The notes beneath the pieces were generated by a model. The model saw nothing but the letters and a program-made list of their open reading frames with translations, ran no database searches and was not told the DNA's origin. Below are positions 55,709-64,000 of a DNA stretch of 64,000 nt, piece after piece. Numbering within the stretch: position 1 is the stretch's first letter; each line of letters begins with the position of its first letter. This DNA is from a virus. The stretch lies in IMG/VR virus record IMGVR_UViG_3300030380_006721, positions 10,690-74,689 of that record. One strand, written 5' to 3'. A program made the position numbers and the translations under genes.

Positions 55709-56047
55709 TCAGATACCCCAGCGAGCACCAGCCTTGATGCCGACAGTCAGCTCGTCTCCAGTGATGAAGGAGGCTTCACCGTACAAAGGACCGGAACCGA
55801 CGTTGACCTTTCCTGAGAACTCAACCTCAGTCTCGCCTGAGTCTGGAATCAACAGAACTGGACCTGCCTGAACGCTCACGCCATTGTCGAACTGATAGCC
55901 GATGTGACCATCGAGGGAAGCAGCGCCGAGACCGGTATCGGCTCCTGCCGAAGCATTGAACTCAGGATTAATGAACATTTCACCAGCGACACCTGCACCA
56001 CTGAAGGTCAGGAGAGCAGCGAATGCGCCGACGGCAGACTTAAGCAT
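55709..56047 (-). CDS. small cyanophage outer-membrane beta-barrel-like protein
   Basis: Signal peptide, amphipathic strands, HIGY, YGEASFITG, GIKAGARW. Confidence 0.7.
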   Translation of the reverse strand: MLKSAVGAFAALLTFSGAGVAGEMFINPEFNASAGADTGLGAASLDGHIGYQFDNGVSVQAGPVLLIPDSGETEVEFSGKVNVGSGPLYGEASFITGDELTVGIKAGARWGI

Positions 56048-56113
56048 TGGTAATAAGAAAAACCGTGCCTACGGTACTGAGTACCTGTACTGTTTGGATT
56101 GGCACAGTGCCAC

Positions 56114-56302
56114 TTATTCAGCGGTCCTCTTCAGGTTCTTGAGCTCAGTGATCGCTTCCTGGGTGATCTTGATCTCGTTTAGATCTTGAACCGGGTCCAG
56201 TCGCTTGAGCTCCAGCACGAAGCTTTCGATCGTGTGATCCTGATGTCTTGAAGGTAGACGGATATACGTCTGGAGAAACGAATTACTTAACGGATGCTTC
56301 AT
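56114..56302 (-). CDS. hypothetical protein
   Basis: Start placed at MKHPL. Confidence 0.45.
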   Translation of the reverse strand: MKHPLSNSFLQTYIRLPSRHQDHTIESFVLELKRLDPVQDLNEIKITQEAITELKNLKRTAE

Positions 56303-56639
56303 GCAGCGTGGGTTTCGACTCTCGCAAATAAGAATGCCACAGGTCAATACCCTTGTCAGTCAAATGAAGAAAGGATGTACGTTCGTCTGAATAGTGATGA
56401 GCCCTTGAGACCAAACCCACCTTTGTGAGATTCTTCAAGACACGAGACATTGTTGTTTCTGGAACGTCTTGTAGTGCTGGAAACGAGCTGAGGTTACAAC
56501 GCAGCACTGGGTCTGGATAAGACTCAGCAAGCACGGTAAAGACGGTCAATCCGAGAATGCTGGAGGCATTCATCTCGGTTTGCATGTGACGCAGGTAGCG
56601 AGAAAGACTCATGACGAAAAAGCCGAGAGGGGAGCACAA
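56283..56639 (-). CDS. MarR-like winged-helix protein
   Basis: ETTMSRVLKNLTKVGLVSR...DERTSFLHLTDKG. Confidence 0.75.
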   Translation of the reverse strand: MCSPLGFFVMSLSRYLRHMQTEMNASSILGLTVFTVLAESYPDPVLRCNLSSFPALQDVPETTMSRVLKNLTKVGLVSRAHHYSDERTSFLHLTDKGIDLWHSYLRESKPTLHEASVK

Positions 56640-56808
56640 TAATAAGCGTCACCAACCACTGTGGTTATGTGAATCAATGTTCTGTGATGAGTTTGCCTGC
56701 ACTCATCTTTTGCTCGTTGATTGAGCTGTACTTGCATGCCTCTGGTGAGCAACATACCAACTCCTGCGCTAGCGCAAAGAATTAATAAAGTCGGAAGGAA
56801 TTTGGTCA
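56609..56808 (-). CDS. small membrane/exported early protein
   Basis: MTKFLPTLLILCASAG...; start coordinate approximate. Confidence 0.45.
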
Positions 56809-56852
56809 TTGTGTAACGTGCTGAACTACGTGATTTGAATGAAAGAGTTACA

Positions 56853-56866
56853 GTAACAACAGATAC
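56853..56866. promoter_or_regulatory. NtcA-type box overlapping a -10 hexamer
   Basis: GTA-acaacaga-TAC overlapping TACAGT (56849-56854), 10 nt before the ATG at 56877. Confidence 0.55.
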
Positions 56867-56876
56867 AAATTTGAAA

Positions 56877-57032
56877 ATGTCAACTGTTGTCGTCGACTTT
56901 CTGGACAGAAAGCGTGCCAAAGCCAAGCGTGAGGAGAAAATCCAAAACCGTGAAAGACTTCGCCTCGCTGAAGAAGGACGTAACATCCTTGTTTACCGAG
57001 GAGTTCCTTACGTTCGACGCAACGCAAGGTGA
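56877..57032 (+). CDS. DUF4278-family small protein
   Basis: Basic helix followed by the LVYRGVPY motif. Confidence 0.7.
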   Translation: MSTVVVDFLDRKRAKAKREEKIQNRERLRLAEEGRNILVYRGVPYVRRNAR

Positions 57033-57038
57033 ACCACT

Positions 57039-57239
57039 TCATTGAATGGTTCTGCTGAATTCACTGGCTTTCATCAAACCCTCCAGCAACTTCAAGCCTT
57101 GCAGTGTAGAAGGTTGAAGTTCATAAGCTCGATCCAACTTGAGTCGTAGATCGTTCTTCAGGAGGATTCTTTGTGTCGGACTAATCGAGTCCAACATAAA
57201 AAGGATTGCTTCGCTGTAGATCTCTGCGGTACTAGCCAT
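57039..57239 (-). CDS. hypothetical early protein
   Basis: Start placed at MASTAE. Confidence 0.5.
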   Translation of the reverse strand: MASTAEIYSEAILFMLDSISPTQRILLKNDLRLKLDRAYELQPSTLQGLKLLEGLMKASEFSRTIQ

Positions 57240-57636
57240 GGATGTGAAGTACTTGTGATAATTGTTGTTGAGAGACTCGACGTGGAAACGTAAAAGCCTG
57301 TGCATGTGATGGGAGCTTACGCCATTGATGTTGCACTCCGGTAAGTTTGCTTGTTGATCGCCAATGCCACTCACCCTGCACTTGAATAATTTCAGTGCAG
57401 CCGTTGAATTCACGCATGACAGCATTAATTCTTGACTTGGTGGTAGCAGTCATGAACCCGTGGTGATTAACTTCGAGCTCATCATCTGTTAGTTGACAGA
57501 TGCATTTTCCATGTAGATAGACGTTTATACGCTTATCTAAACCATCGAAATCAATGACTTCAACTCGAGTGTTTCCGAGTTTTGCGTCCTTCTGTTCTTT
57601 GATTGCGAGCAGCATTCGCTCTTCTAGCTTTCTCAC
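57232..57636 (-). CDS. conserved cyanophage early protein (paralogue of 60679-61017)
   Basis: GNTRV...VYLHG...TATTKSRINA. Confidence 0.7.
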   Translation of the reverse strand: MRKLEERMLLAIKEQKDAKLGNTRVEVIDFDGLDKRINVYLHGKCICQLTDDELEVNHHGFMTATTKSRINAVMREFNGCTEIIQVQGEWHWRSTSKLTGVQHQWRKLPSHAQAFTFPRRVSQQQLSQVLHIHG

Positions 57637-57805
57637 GGGTGCTTAATGCCTTTGCAAAGTAAAAATGAGCATCAGGGTTTTCGGCTTGAAGCTCTTTGAT
57701 TCGTTTCTGACCGACCTCCCACGAGGGACAAGTCTCCACAAGTCTGCCCTTATAGCCCGTGGAATAATCCCGCATGCGAATGTGACAGAGTGCTGGAAGT
57801 TTCAT
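57560..57805 (-). CDS. hypothetical early protein
   Basis: First ORF after the 57839-57867 promoter. Confidence 0.5.
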   Translation of the reverse strand: MKLPALCHIRMRDYSTGYKGRLVETCPSWEVGQKRIKELQAENPDAHFYFAKALSTREKARRANAARNQRTEGRKTRKHSS

Positions 57806-57838
57806 AAATCAAAGCATAAAAAAGCTGCCACTTCCGGC

Positions 57839-57867
57839 AGTATGTCGCAGGAAGTACAGCATGTCAA
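57839..57867 (-). promoter_or_regulatory. sigma70-type promoter
   Basis: TTGACA-N17-CATACT on the - strand. Confidence 0.65.
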
Positions 57868-58216
57868 CAGTGACGTTAGGATTCTTCTACAATCTCTGGC
57901 TCGTTGTCTGAGTTCAGACGCAATCCAGACACTGCATGGTAAGTCCCATCACTGCACAAGATTTTAACAGGCATTCTGCGTTGATCATCAGTCAGATTCT
58001 GGATGATTTGCAGGGCTAAATCTCTGTACGTGTACATGATTACGTATGTCAATACCTCATTTTAGGTACAAGGTTCACATTCATTCGGAATGCAGGCATA
58101 AATCGCTTTGTACTCAGTAGAAGCTTTGAATTTTACTAAAGCATCGATTGAATCTGCTGCAGTGACACTCTGCTTGTGCAGCTCATTTTCAGCATTGCGA
58201 TATCTAATGATGTACG

Positions 58217-58444
58217 TCATGAACATGCTTTAGCCTTCGAAAAACCAAACTTCTCAGTGAGTTTATCTCTCTCGCGATCATTTCTTAGCTTTGTTGCCAG
58301 TTTTGCAACATGCTCCATGACTTTCAAGGTGTCGTCAACCGATGAACCCTCAGGCATACCATCGCGAACTATTCCAAGGCATTCAAAGAACATGTCTGCT
58401 GCTTCCGACATCTCCGCAGGTGTCAGTGGTTCAGTTTTATGCAT
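58217..58444 (-). CDS. conserved cyanophage hypothetical protein
   Basis: EAADMFF...MPEGSSVDDTLKVMEHVAKLA...FGF; start placed at MHKTE. Confidence 0.65.
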   Translation of the reverse strand: MHKTEPLTPAEMSEAADMFFECLGIVRDGMPEGSSVDDTLKVMEHVAKLATKLRNDRERDKLTEKFGFSKAKACS

Positions 58445-58637
58445 CGATAGAAAAATAAGGATGATCAGTGTCGAGAACCTGGTTCTTTCCCGATGCAAAT
58501 ACAAACCGATCGATCGGTAAATATTCATCGGTCACAGAACAGTAGACCGTGGGCACACAATCAAGCTGCTCTTTGTCTAGAACTTCGAGAATCTTTAGAA
58601 GTTGGTGATAAGACTGGACATTGCCAGGTTCAGACAT
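58437..58637 (-). CDS. hypothetical early protein
   Basis: EQLDC...DEY...VLDTDHPY. Confidence 0.6.
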   Translation of the reverse strand: MSEPGNVQSYHQLLKILEVLDKEQLDCVPTVYCSVTDEYLPIDRFVFASGKNQVLDTDHPYFSIDA

Positions 58638-58727
58638 AATTCAGAATTGCTTTGGGATCAGCCTAATAGGACACAACATACGGGCACGGCAGCCCTGCAA
58701 AAGTTAATGATGATAGGGGAATTCCCC

Positions 58728-59426
58728 TTAGTTCTTTACATACTTACCCCCTGAACCATGAGCCTCAACAAAGATGTCAGTCTTAGCGCCGTCACACAGT
58801 GAGCAAGTCAAGCACTTGGCATGGCTGTTCTCAGCCGTGGCCGGGCATAGCTTGCCGCTGAATGCCTGCCCACCCTTAGCAACCACAGCAAATGTTTTCC
58901 AACCATGGGCACTAGCGTCAAGATAGTCTGCGAAAGAATCACATGAAGCTTGAAACACTCCCTTGCACCACTGCGCCCACGGTTGTCTCCACTGATGCGT
59001 GTAACCTGTATGACCTGCAGCGTGCTCATTGAGTATGCTTACAAGTGTCGAGTCGATCATTGCAGGATCGCCATAGGCACCCCAGCGAATCTTTCTGTTC
59101 TTTAAGACTGATAAGTCGAGATCAGATAGCTTGCCATAAATACCACGCTTATATGACTTCCAAACAGCAGCAGGAGCTTGACCCACATTCACATAGCAAG
59201 AGCGTGAACCGTCGGCCTGTTTACGGTGTGGGCAATCACCACAAACGGTGTCATCCACACCGAGGTTTACAGCATCGACCGGGTGAACATTCTCATGAAG
59301 TATCCACACCTGACACATATTCCCCGTCTTAGTGTTACCTGACTCCATAGTCATTACAACTACAAAGGAACAACCGTTGACAGGAGATGTGCCGTGTTGA
59401 AGTACATAACCTTTGAACTTAGACAT
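58728..59426 (-). CDS. Cys-rich metal-binding phage protein (Gp88-like / radical-SAM-related)
   Basis: NTKTGNM, CGDCPH...CYV, RWGAYGDPA, TGYTHQW, CPA...CxxCxLCDG; start placed at MSKFK. Confidence 0.65.
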   Translation of the reverse strand: MSKFKGYVLQHGTSPVNGCSFVVVMTMESGNTKTGNMCQVWILHENVHPVDAVNLGVDDTVCGDCPHRKQADGSRSCYVNVGQAPAAVWKSYKRGIYGKLSDLDLSVLKNRKIRWGAYGDPAMIDSTLVSILNEHAAGHTGYTHQWRQPWAQWCKGVFQASCDSFADYLDASAHGWKTFAVVAKGGQAFSGKLCPATAENSHAKCLTCSLCDGAKTDIFVEAHGSGGKYVKN

Positions 59427-60682
59427 AGTGATGAAATGATGTTTCTTGTGTGAAGTTGTCTTGATACTTGAAGTCATCGTCAGTGGCTTCGCTTACCCAC
59501 TGAGTGAATTGTTCATCGTCATTGATACCTGGCGTCTGTTCAAATACATCTCGGTCATAGACAATCGTGCGTGTGACAATGATGCGTTTGATCTTCTTAG
59601 TCATTGAAATCCTCTAGTGATTGCCTGTGTTGAGTTGTAGAGATTGTCTATGTCTCCGAGATAGCCATCACAGGCGTGGTCCTCGTCATTGGGACAACTA
59701 CCACCGCAATAGCGACATGGTTCTTGTTGTTGTTCAGTGTCAGACATTAAACTCTCTATGTCGTTGCAGAACTCAAGGAGTTTGCACTCAATGCCTTCAA
59801 TCCGATCGACTATGTATCTCGGAGCATCTACATTTCGCAGTAGGTCAGAGATACGACCGAGCTGAATCATTGCCTCACAAGTTTCATTGAATCGATCAGC
59901 ACTGTTCACTGTTCCGCTCTCCTTTCGTCGTAAAGTTTCCATGCTTGATCTGGCGTGGGGTCAGGAACTATGTGGATCAGTTGTTCATTGACCGATGCAA
60001 TCCCTGACCATTTAGCAATAGCTTCGGACAGATCTTTTGCATAGATGTGAGTGAACTCACGCCTATGTTTAGGACCATCGAACCAGAGATAATACAGAGC
60101 GAGAAAGCGATTCATGATCTACCTAAGAATGCATTGATGAGTACAAGTAAAAGAAACAACAACCAAGCAAACAATCGGCGCATCAATCTTCCTCGGGTGA
60201 GTGATTCTCAAGAAACCAATCCTTCACGTTCTTATGAACATGACACTGGCACTCTGTGTATGTATCGAATGAAAGCTTGGTCTGAGGATTAGTGGGAGGC
60301 ATATTGTCCCACATCATGTAGAACATACCACTGTATGGGCACTTGACAAGCACGCCCACACGTAAATCACCTTCACCGATTGGATCAGTTAGGTATACAT
60401 ACTTATATGCTTTGTGTTTGACGTAGCTCGCAGGTTCGACGAAGTCAACATCAATAGTGAGTGGAAGTGTCATGATCAGTCCTCCCATTCCGTGGGGTGA
60501 TACTCAACGTGATAAGTCACAGCGATTGAATCCTCGCGTTGATTCTTCTCAGCCCGAGCCACATTGAATGTGTTACACATATCTAATGCGAGATGAAAAT
60601 CATCGGCTGAGTTATACCAACCTCGGGAAGGTTTACGCCCGAAGTCATGGTGAACAGTTTGAATGATGTTGTACATGATCAC
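59419..60682 (-). CDS. cluster of five small early hypothetical genes (59419-59604, 59601-59942, 59906-60115, 60183-60488, 60476-60682)
   Basis: Tightly packed, mostly coupled short ORFs on one strand. Confidence 0.55.
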
Positions 60683-61017
60683 TGAAAGGTGAAAGAACCG
60701 CAGAAGGGAATGTGTGTAACTTGGTTATCTTTGCCTAGGAAAGTAGTAACAAACCACTCGCCACGTTTCTGATATACAGACTCACCCTCCACACAATGCT
60801 CGCGGATGATTGCATTTAGCCGTGACTTCGTAGTCTTTGTCCGACGACCAGCGTCTGTAACTGTGACGAAGTTATCACCAATGGTGGCGATGTGGTTGCC
60901 GTATAGATATACACGAGAGTGACCAGATTCTTGGTCGAAAGTAACCTCAGTGTTCGCAAGTTTCCAGTTCTTGGAATCACTGATGGCGTTGTTCATAAGG
61001 ATTTCGATGTTACGCAT
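60679..61017 (-). CDS. conserved cyanophage early protein
   Basis: WKLANTEV...VYLYGNHIA...TKTTKSRLNA. Confidence 0.75.
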   Translation of the reverse strand: MRNIEILMNNAISDSKNWKLANTEVTFDQESGHSRVYLYGNHIATIGDNFVTVTDAGRRTKTTKSRLNAIIREHCVEGESVYQKRGEWFVTTFLGKDNQVTHIPFCGSFTFQ

Positions 61018-61145
61018 GTTTGGAATGAACGTAGAACAAAGGATGAGAGACTGAGTCCCTCAGTAAGGCACTATGAATGTTAGTGACTTAGTGAGAGCTT
61101 CATGATCAAAAATGATCTATTGAATAAACAATGAAGACTGAACTA

Positions 61146-61797
61146 TCCCTAGGGTATGTAAGATCTACACCCCCCAGGGAAGAAGTCCAGCTTACTTAGT
61201 GAAACTAAAAATGGTGCATGTAAAGCACACAGTAATACTATGTAAGGGGGGATCTCCCCGTATTTGTACCTAACCGTAAAGCGAACCGGTTCGTTCGATG
61301 ATTACCCTACTAGGGTCCACCGTACTGTTAGATAACTAAGCCTGTAGATACCAAGGGCCTTACTGCGGGCACTAAGTTAATCAAGGAGCGAAAGCCGTAT
61401 TAAGGCAGCTCCGGATACCTAGCGGGACGTGGGCGTTAGTCGAAGTTCCGACTCCACGTCTCTGGCTACCCTGACACTGGGGGGATTGATACCTCAGATC
61501 CAGGTGATAACTAAAGCTAGCAAGGGAAGAGCAGAGCTCACCGCTTGGTTCGATAGTGATCGTTGGAACTGTTGGCTGATGATGTGTTGACTGTAACCGC
61601 AGAAACTGCCGAAAGTGGTAGGAACTTGTGACAGTTTGGCGGCTGGTTTGTCGTCGGTGCTGATCACTAATGGATCGCTCTCCCTTCGACACCATTAAGT
61701 AGATCATGAATCGACACCGAATAGTTGGAATGGTGTGCGGTTTCTCGATTGTCACAGTCTTCTTGATTTGATTCTTAGTTATCGAGAGCTGATCTAA
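61146..61797 (+). ncRNA. candidate large structured non-coding RNA (unassigned family)
   Basis: Contiguous nested helices across ~650 nt with no credible CDS; G-U pairs mostly favour the + strand. Confidence 0.55.
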
Positions 61798-62067
61798 TTA
61801 AAAAAAAGAAACGCGCACCCGCCCACGCGCGTATATAGCACACAGGCGTGGATGATATTTACATTCTGTCATTCAAGTCAGACTAGGGCTTCACATGTGT
61901 ACCCATAATGTATATTTATCTGACCCCGCAATCCGGCCTTTTTTTACTTATTTGACATACACGTCGGCACGGGCGAGAAGGGTCTAGGTATCTTGCGGGT
62001 ATTTTGGGGTCAAATCGTCTGGAGTAGCAATATAATAACAGGCGCAGAAAAAAATTCGGTACGTAAT

Positions 62068-62235
62068 GTGGTACGTAAAAAGTTTTTCCGAGCGTGGGCA
62101 CGAGCACTTGGGCAAAAGGCGTCCACATGCAGTCGTGAAGCTGATCAAGTTGCGTTAATACGCACAGTTATTTTTTTGAGTTACTTGATTACTAACTGCT
62201 TTATCATTGCCGGTGTAATTAGACATTGGAATTAG
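62068..62235 (+). CDS. conserved cyanophage single-TM protein
   Basis: WARALGQKA...EADQVALIRT...ITNCFIIAGVIRHWN. Confidence 0.7.
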   Translation: MVRKKFFRAWARALGQKASTCSREADQVALIRTVIFLSYLITNCFIIAGVIRHWN

Positions 62236-62258
62236 ACTGTTAACAAAGGGCTAGTTAG

Positions 62259-62585
62259 ATGCTTTCGACTGAAGTACGCAAGAAAGCTGAATTTATTTGT
62301 TCCAGAATCGCAGAAAGAGCAGAAGTTCCGGTTTCAGACATGATCTGGATCCAGAAATGGGCAAAAAGCAACCACAGTGTCGAAGCGATGCTTCGTAGAG
62401 CCCGTCGAAGGTCACTGAGGGGAGATCAACCAGCCGAAGGGTTAGACCGTTTTCTTGAAGATATGGACTTAGGTGATCCAGATCCTACTGAACACTTATC
62501 TGGATCACAGACTCCTGTAGAACTCGCTGAGTGGTTTGCCAACAAGAAGAAATGGTTTGTCGACGATGAAGGCTGTAGAGACTAA
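62259..62585 (+). CDS. conserved cyanophage hypothetical protein
   Basis: MLST...EFIC...DMIW...LRRARR...LDRFL..MDLGDPDP. Confidence 0.75.
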   Translation: MLSTEVRKKAEFICSRIAERAEVPVSDMIWIQKWAKSNHSVEAMLRRARRRSLRGDQPAEGLDRFLEDMDLGDPDPTEHLSGSQTPVELAEWFANKKKWFVDDEGCRD

Positions 62586-62617
62586 CTGTATACTTACAGC
62601 GTCTTAGCGGATGCCAC

Positions 62618-63226
62618 GTGGCGGAAAATAAAAAAACGTGTGAGTGCAGGCCATTTGAATATTATTCGTGTGATGATTTTTTTACGGATAAAGAACTTTC
62701 TGAGATTTGGCAGGAGATATATATGGCTTTTGAGAACGGTTGGTTCGTACATGACGAAAAATCTTCTGCCAAAAACTACGAAGGTGAAGTTAAATCCTTT
62801 CGGTTTGCTTACTGGCCTAATGAAATACCGACTTGGAGCGGAAAGAATTCAGCGATCATGAAACATGTATCAAAAATTTTTGGAGAGCATCAATCGAAAT
62901 ATTCAGATAGTTGTTTTGCAGCCAGAAGCATAGATGCGTGCCACAGACACAACTGCGTTGTTAATTACTACCACGATCACGGCATTTATAACCCGCATAT
63001 GGACGATGCGATCCACACGGCAGTTTACTTTTTGAAAACTAATTACGCGGATTTTACGGGCGGCGAGTTTGTTTTGACTGAAATAGACGAAACCATTGAA
63101 TTTAAAAACAACAAAGTGGTGTTATTTCCTTCGCAAGCGGGTCACGGTGTCAAACCCGTGCATTTGAAAGGTAAAGATGCACCGTGGGGTGCAGGAAGGT
63201 TTGCTATAACCCAGTTCATAAGCTAA
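62618..63226 (+). CDS. 2OG-Fe(II) oxygenase, prolyl-4-hydroxylase-like
   Basis: YNPHMD...FTGGEF...LFPS..GHGV...GRFAITQF. Confidence 0.85.
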   Translation: MAENKKTCECRPFEYYSCDDFFTDKELSEIWQEIYMAFENGWFVHDEKSSAKNYEGEVKSFRFAYWPNEIPTWSGKNSAIMKHVSKIFGEHQSKYSDSCFAARSIDACHRHNCVVNYYHDHGIYNPHMDDAIHTAVYFLKTNYADFTGGEFVLTEIDETIEFKNNKVVLFPSQAGHGVKPVHLKGKDAPWGAGRFAITQFIS

Positions 63227-63234
63227 TAACCGTT

Positions 63235-63675
63235 TTGGACTTTAAATACACTCCTAAGCACTTCAAACTCGTTAAAAAAGTGCAGTGGTCAGACGTTCTG
63301 GCGAAGATATCACAGGAATTTGAGGTTCGAACTCAAAAATTTGTTGTAGGAAGCCTTGACACGCCTCCTACGTTCATTGGACATAACGATTTCAGACCTG
63401 GTACTCTCCAAGCTGCTTATGACGAAGTTCACGCAGATCAGTCAATAGACGAAATGCACGTTTATGTGTCTGTGGCAGCGAACAGCACGACATTTGGTCG
63501 GCACAAAGACGATATGAACGTTCTTATTGTTCAGTCCATCGGAGTTATTGGTTATAAGTTCGATAGCGGTACGGTTTGTACTTTGAACCCTGGTGACAGT
63601 ATTTTTATTCCTAAGGGTGTCTACCACGACCCGATTATTCAAGGTCCACGAGCAACTTTGAGTTTTTCATGGTGA
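63235..63675 (+). CDS. JmjC/cupin-type 2OG-Fe(II) oxygenase
   Basis: FGRHKD..NVLIVQ...LNPGDSIFIPKGVYH; TTG start assumed. Confidence 0.8.
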   Translation: MDFKYTPKHFKLVKKVQWSDVLAKISQEFEVRTQKFVVGSLDTPPTFIGHNDFRPGTLQAAYDEVHADQSIDEMHVYVSVAANSTTFGRHKDDMNVLIVQSIGVIGYKFDSGTVCTLNPGDSIFIPKGVYHDPIIQGPRATLSFSW

Positions 63676-63709
63676 TCTACTAAACTGTGTGTAGTGTGTT
63701 TTTTATAAA

Positions 63710-63952
63710 GTGGACTTAAGCGGTTTTGTAGATACGCTTGGCACTGTTGCTCAAGGTGTAGGTGCAGTAGGTAAAATCGCTGGGGGCCTCGGCGGTCTCA
63801 TGGGAGGCGGCAGATCTTCTTCTTCTGGCCCCATGGTCATGGGTGCAGTAGGAGGTGATGATGACCAACAGTTATTTCAGATGTTTTTGGACGCATATTT
63901 AGACGGCATTAAAGAGTCTTACGCTACTTCAGTTCGTCCGGTTGATCTCTGA
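63710..63952 (+). CDS. Gly-rich hypothetical protein
   Basis: 80 aa ORF; a coupled ORF starting at 63952 runs off the window. Confidence 0.5.
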   Translation: MDLSGFVDTLGTVAQGVGAVGKIAGGLGGLMGGGRSSSSGPMVMGAVGGDDDQQLFQMFLDAYLDGIKESYATSVRPVDL

Positions 63953-64000
63953 TGAGCCTTGTAGATACTAAAGAACGCATTTTTGTTAACGGTCAAATTT

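Noticed and set aside
56780-56876. Glutamine (glnA / downstream-peptide) riboswitch before the DUF4278 gene
   Set aside because: The conserved CGUUC...GGAAC/GGAAG elements are not visible and the leader is too short
61670-61700. TTCGA...ACCA suggesting a tRNA or tmRNA 3' end
   Set aside because: No T-stem, acceptor stem or cloverleaf could be built
61381-61755. 124-aa - strand ORF in the track
   Set aside because: No recognisable motif, atypical composition, and coincides with the antisense of the structured region

Overview
Gene-dense 64 kb segment of a lytic tailed cyanophage, most likely infecting marine picocyanobacteria (Synechococcus-like). It is neither T4-like nor T7-like in organisation. 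~1-25 kb is a mostly + strand virion module: scaffold end, N4-gp56-type major capsid, neck and internal proteins, a virion lytic transglycosylase, and many fibres, including two 14-aa-repeat coiled-coil fibres and tail-collar proteins. ~25-38 kb is an accessory zone: six 2OG-Fe(II) oxygenases (two more at 62.6-63.7 kb), HNH genes, small basic proteins, a CP12-like peptide, a C39-like protein and thyX. ~38-55 kb is a - strand replication block (primase-SF3 helicase, PD-(D/E)xK exonuclease, tandem-OB SSB, family A DNA polymerase) followed by a DUF3150 / MoxR-AAA / VWA operon. ~55-61 kb holds small - strand early genes behind sigma70-type promoters, then a ~1 kb non-coding strand-switch region. 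No terminase, portal, integrase, tRNA, CRISPR, psbA or hli was recognised. Most notable observations: (i) a candidate large structured ncRNA at ~61.1-61.8 kb; (ii) six intact genes whose enzyme folds lack catalytic residues (2 DNA MTases, 2 HNH+HTH, Dps, C39 peptidase); (iii) a kit of tiny host-control proteins (two NblA-like, CP12-like, DUF4278 with an NtcA box over its promoter); (iv) pervasive Ser-Gly motifs and a shared C-terminal tag on fibre proteins. All family calls are by-eye motif recognition, not database searches.
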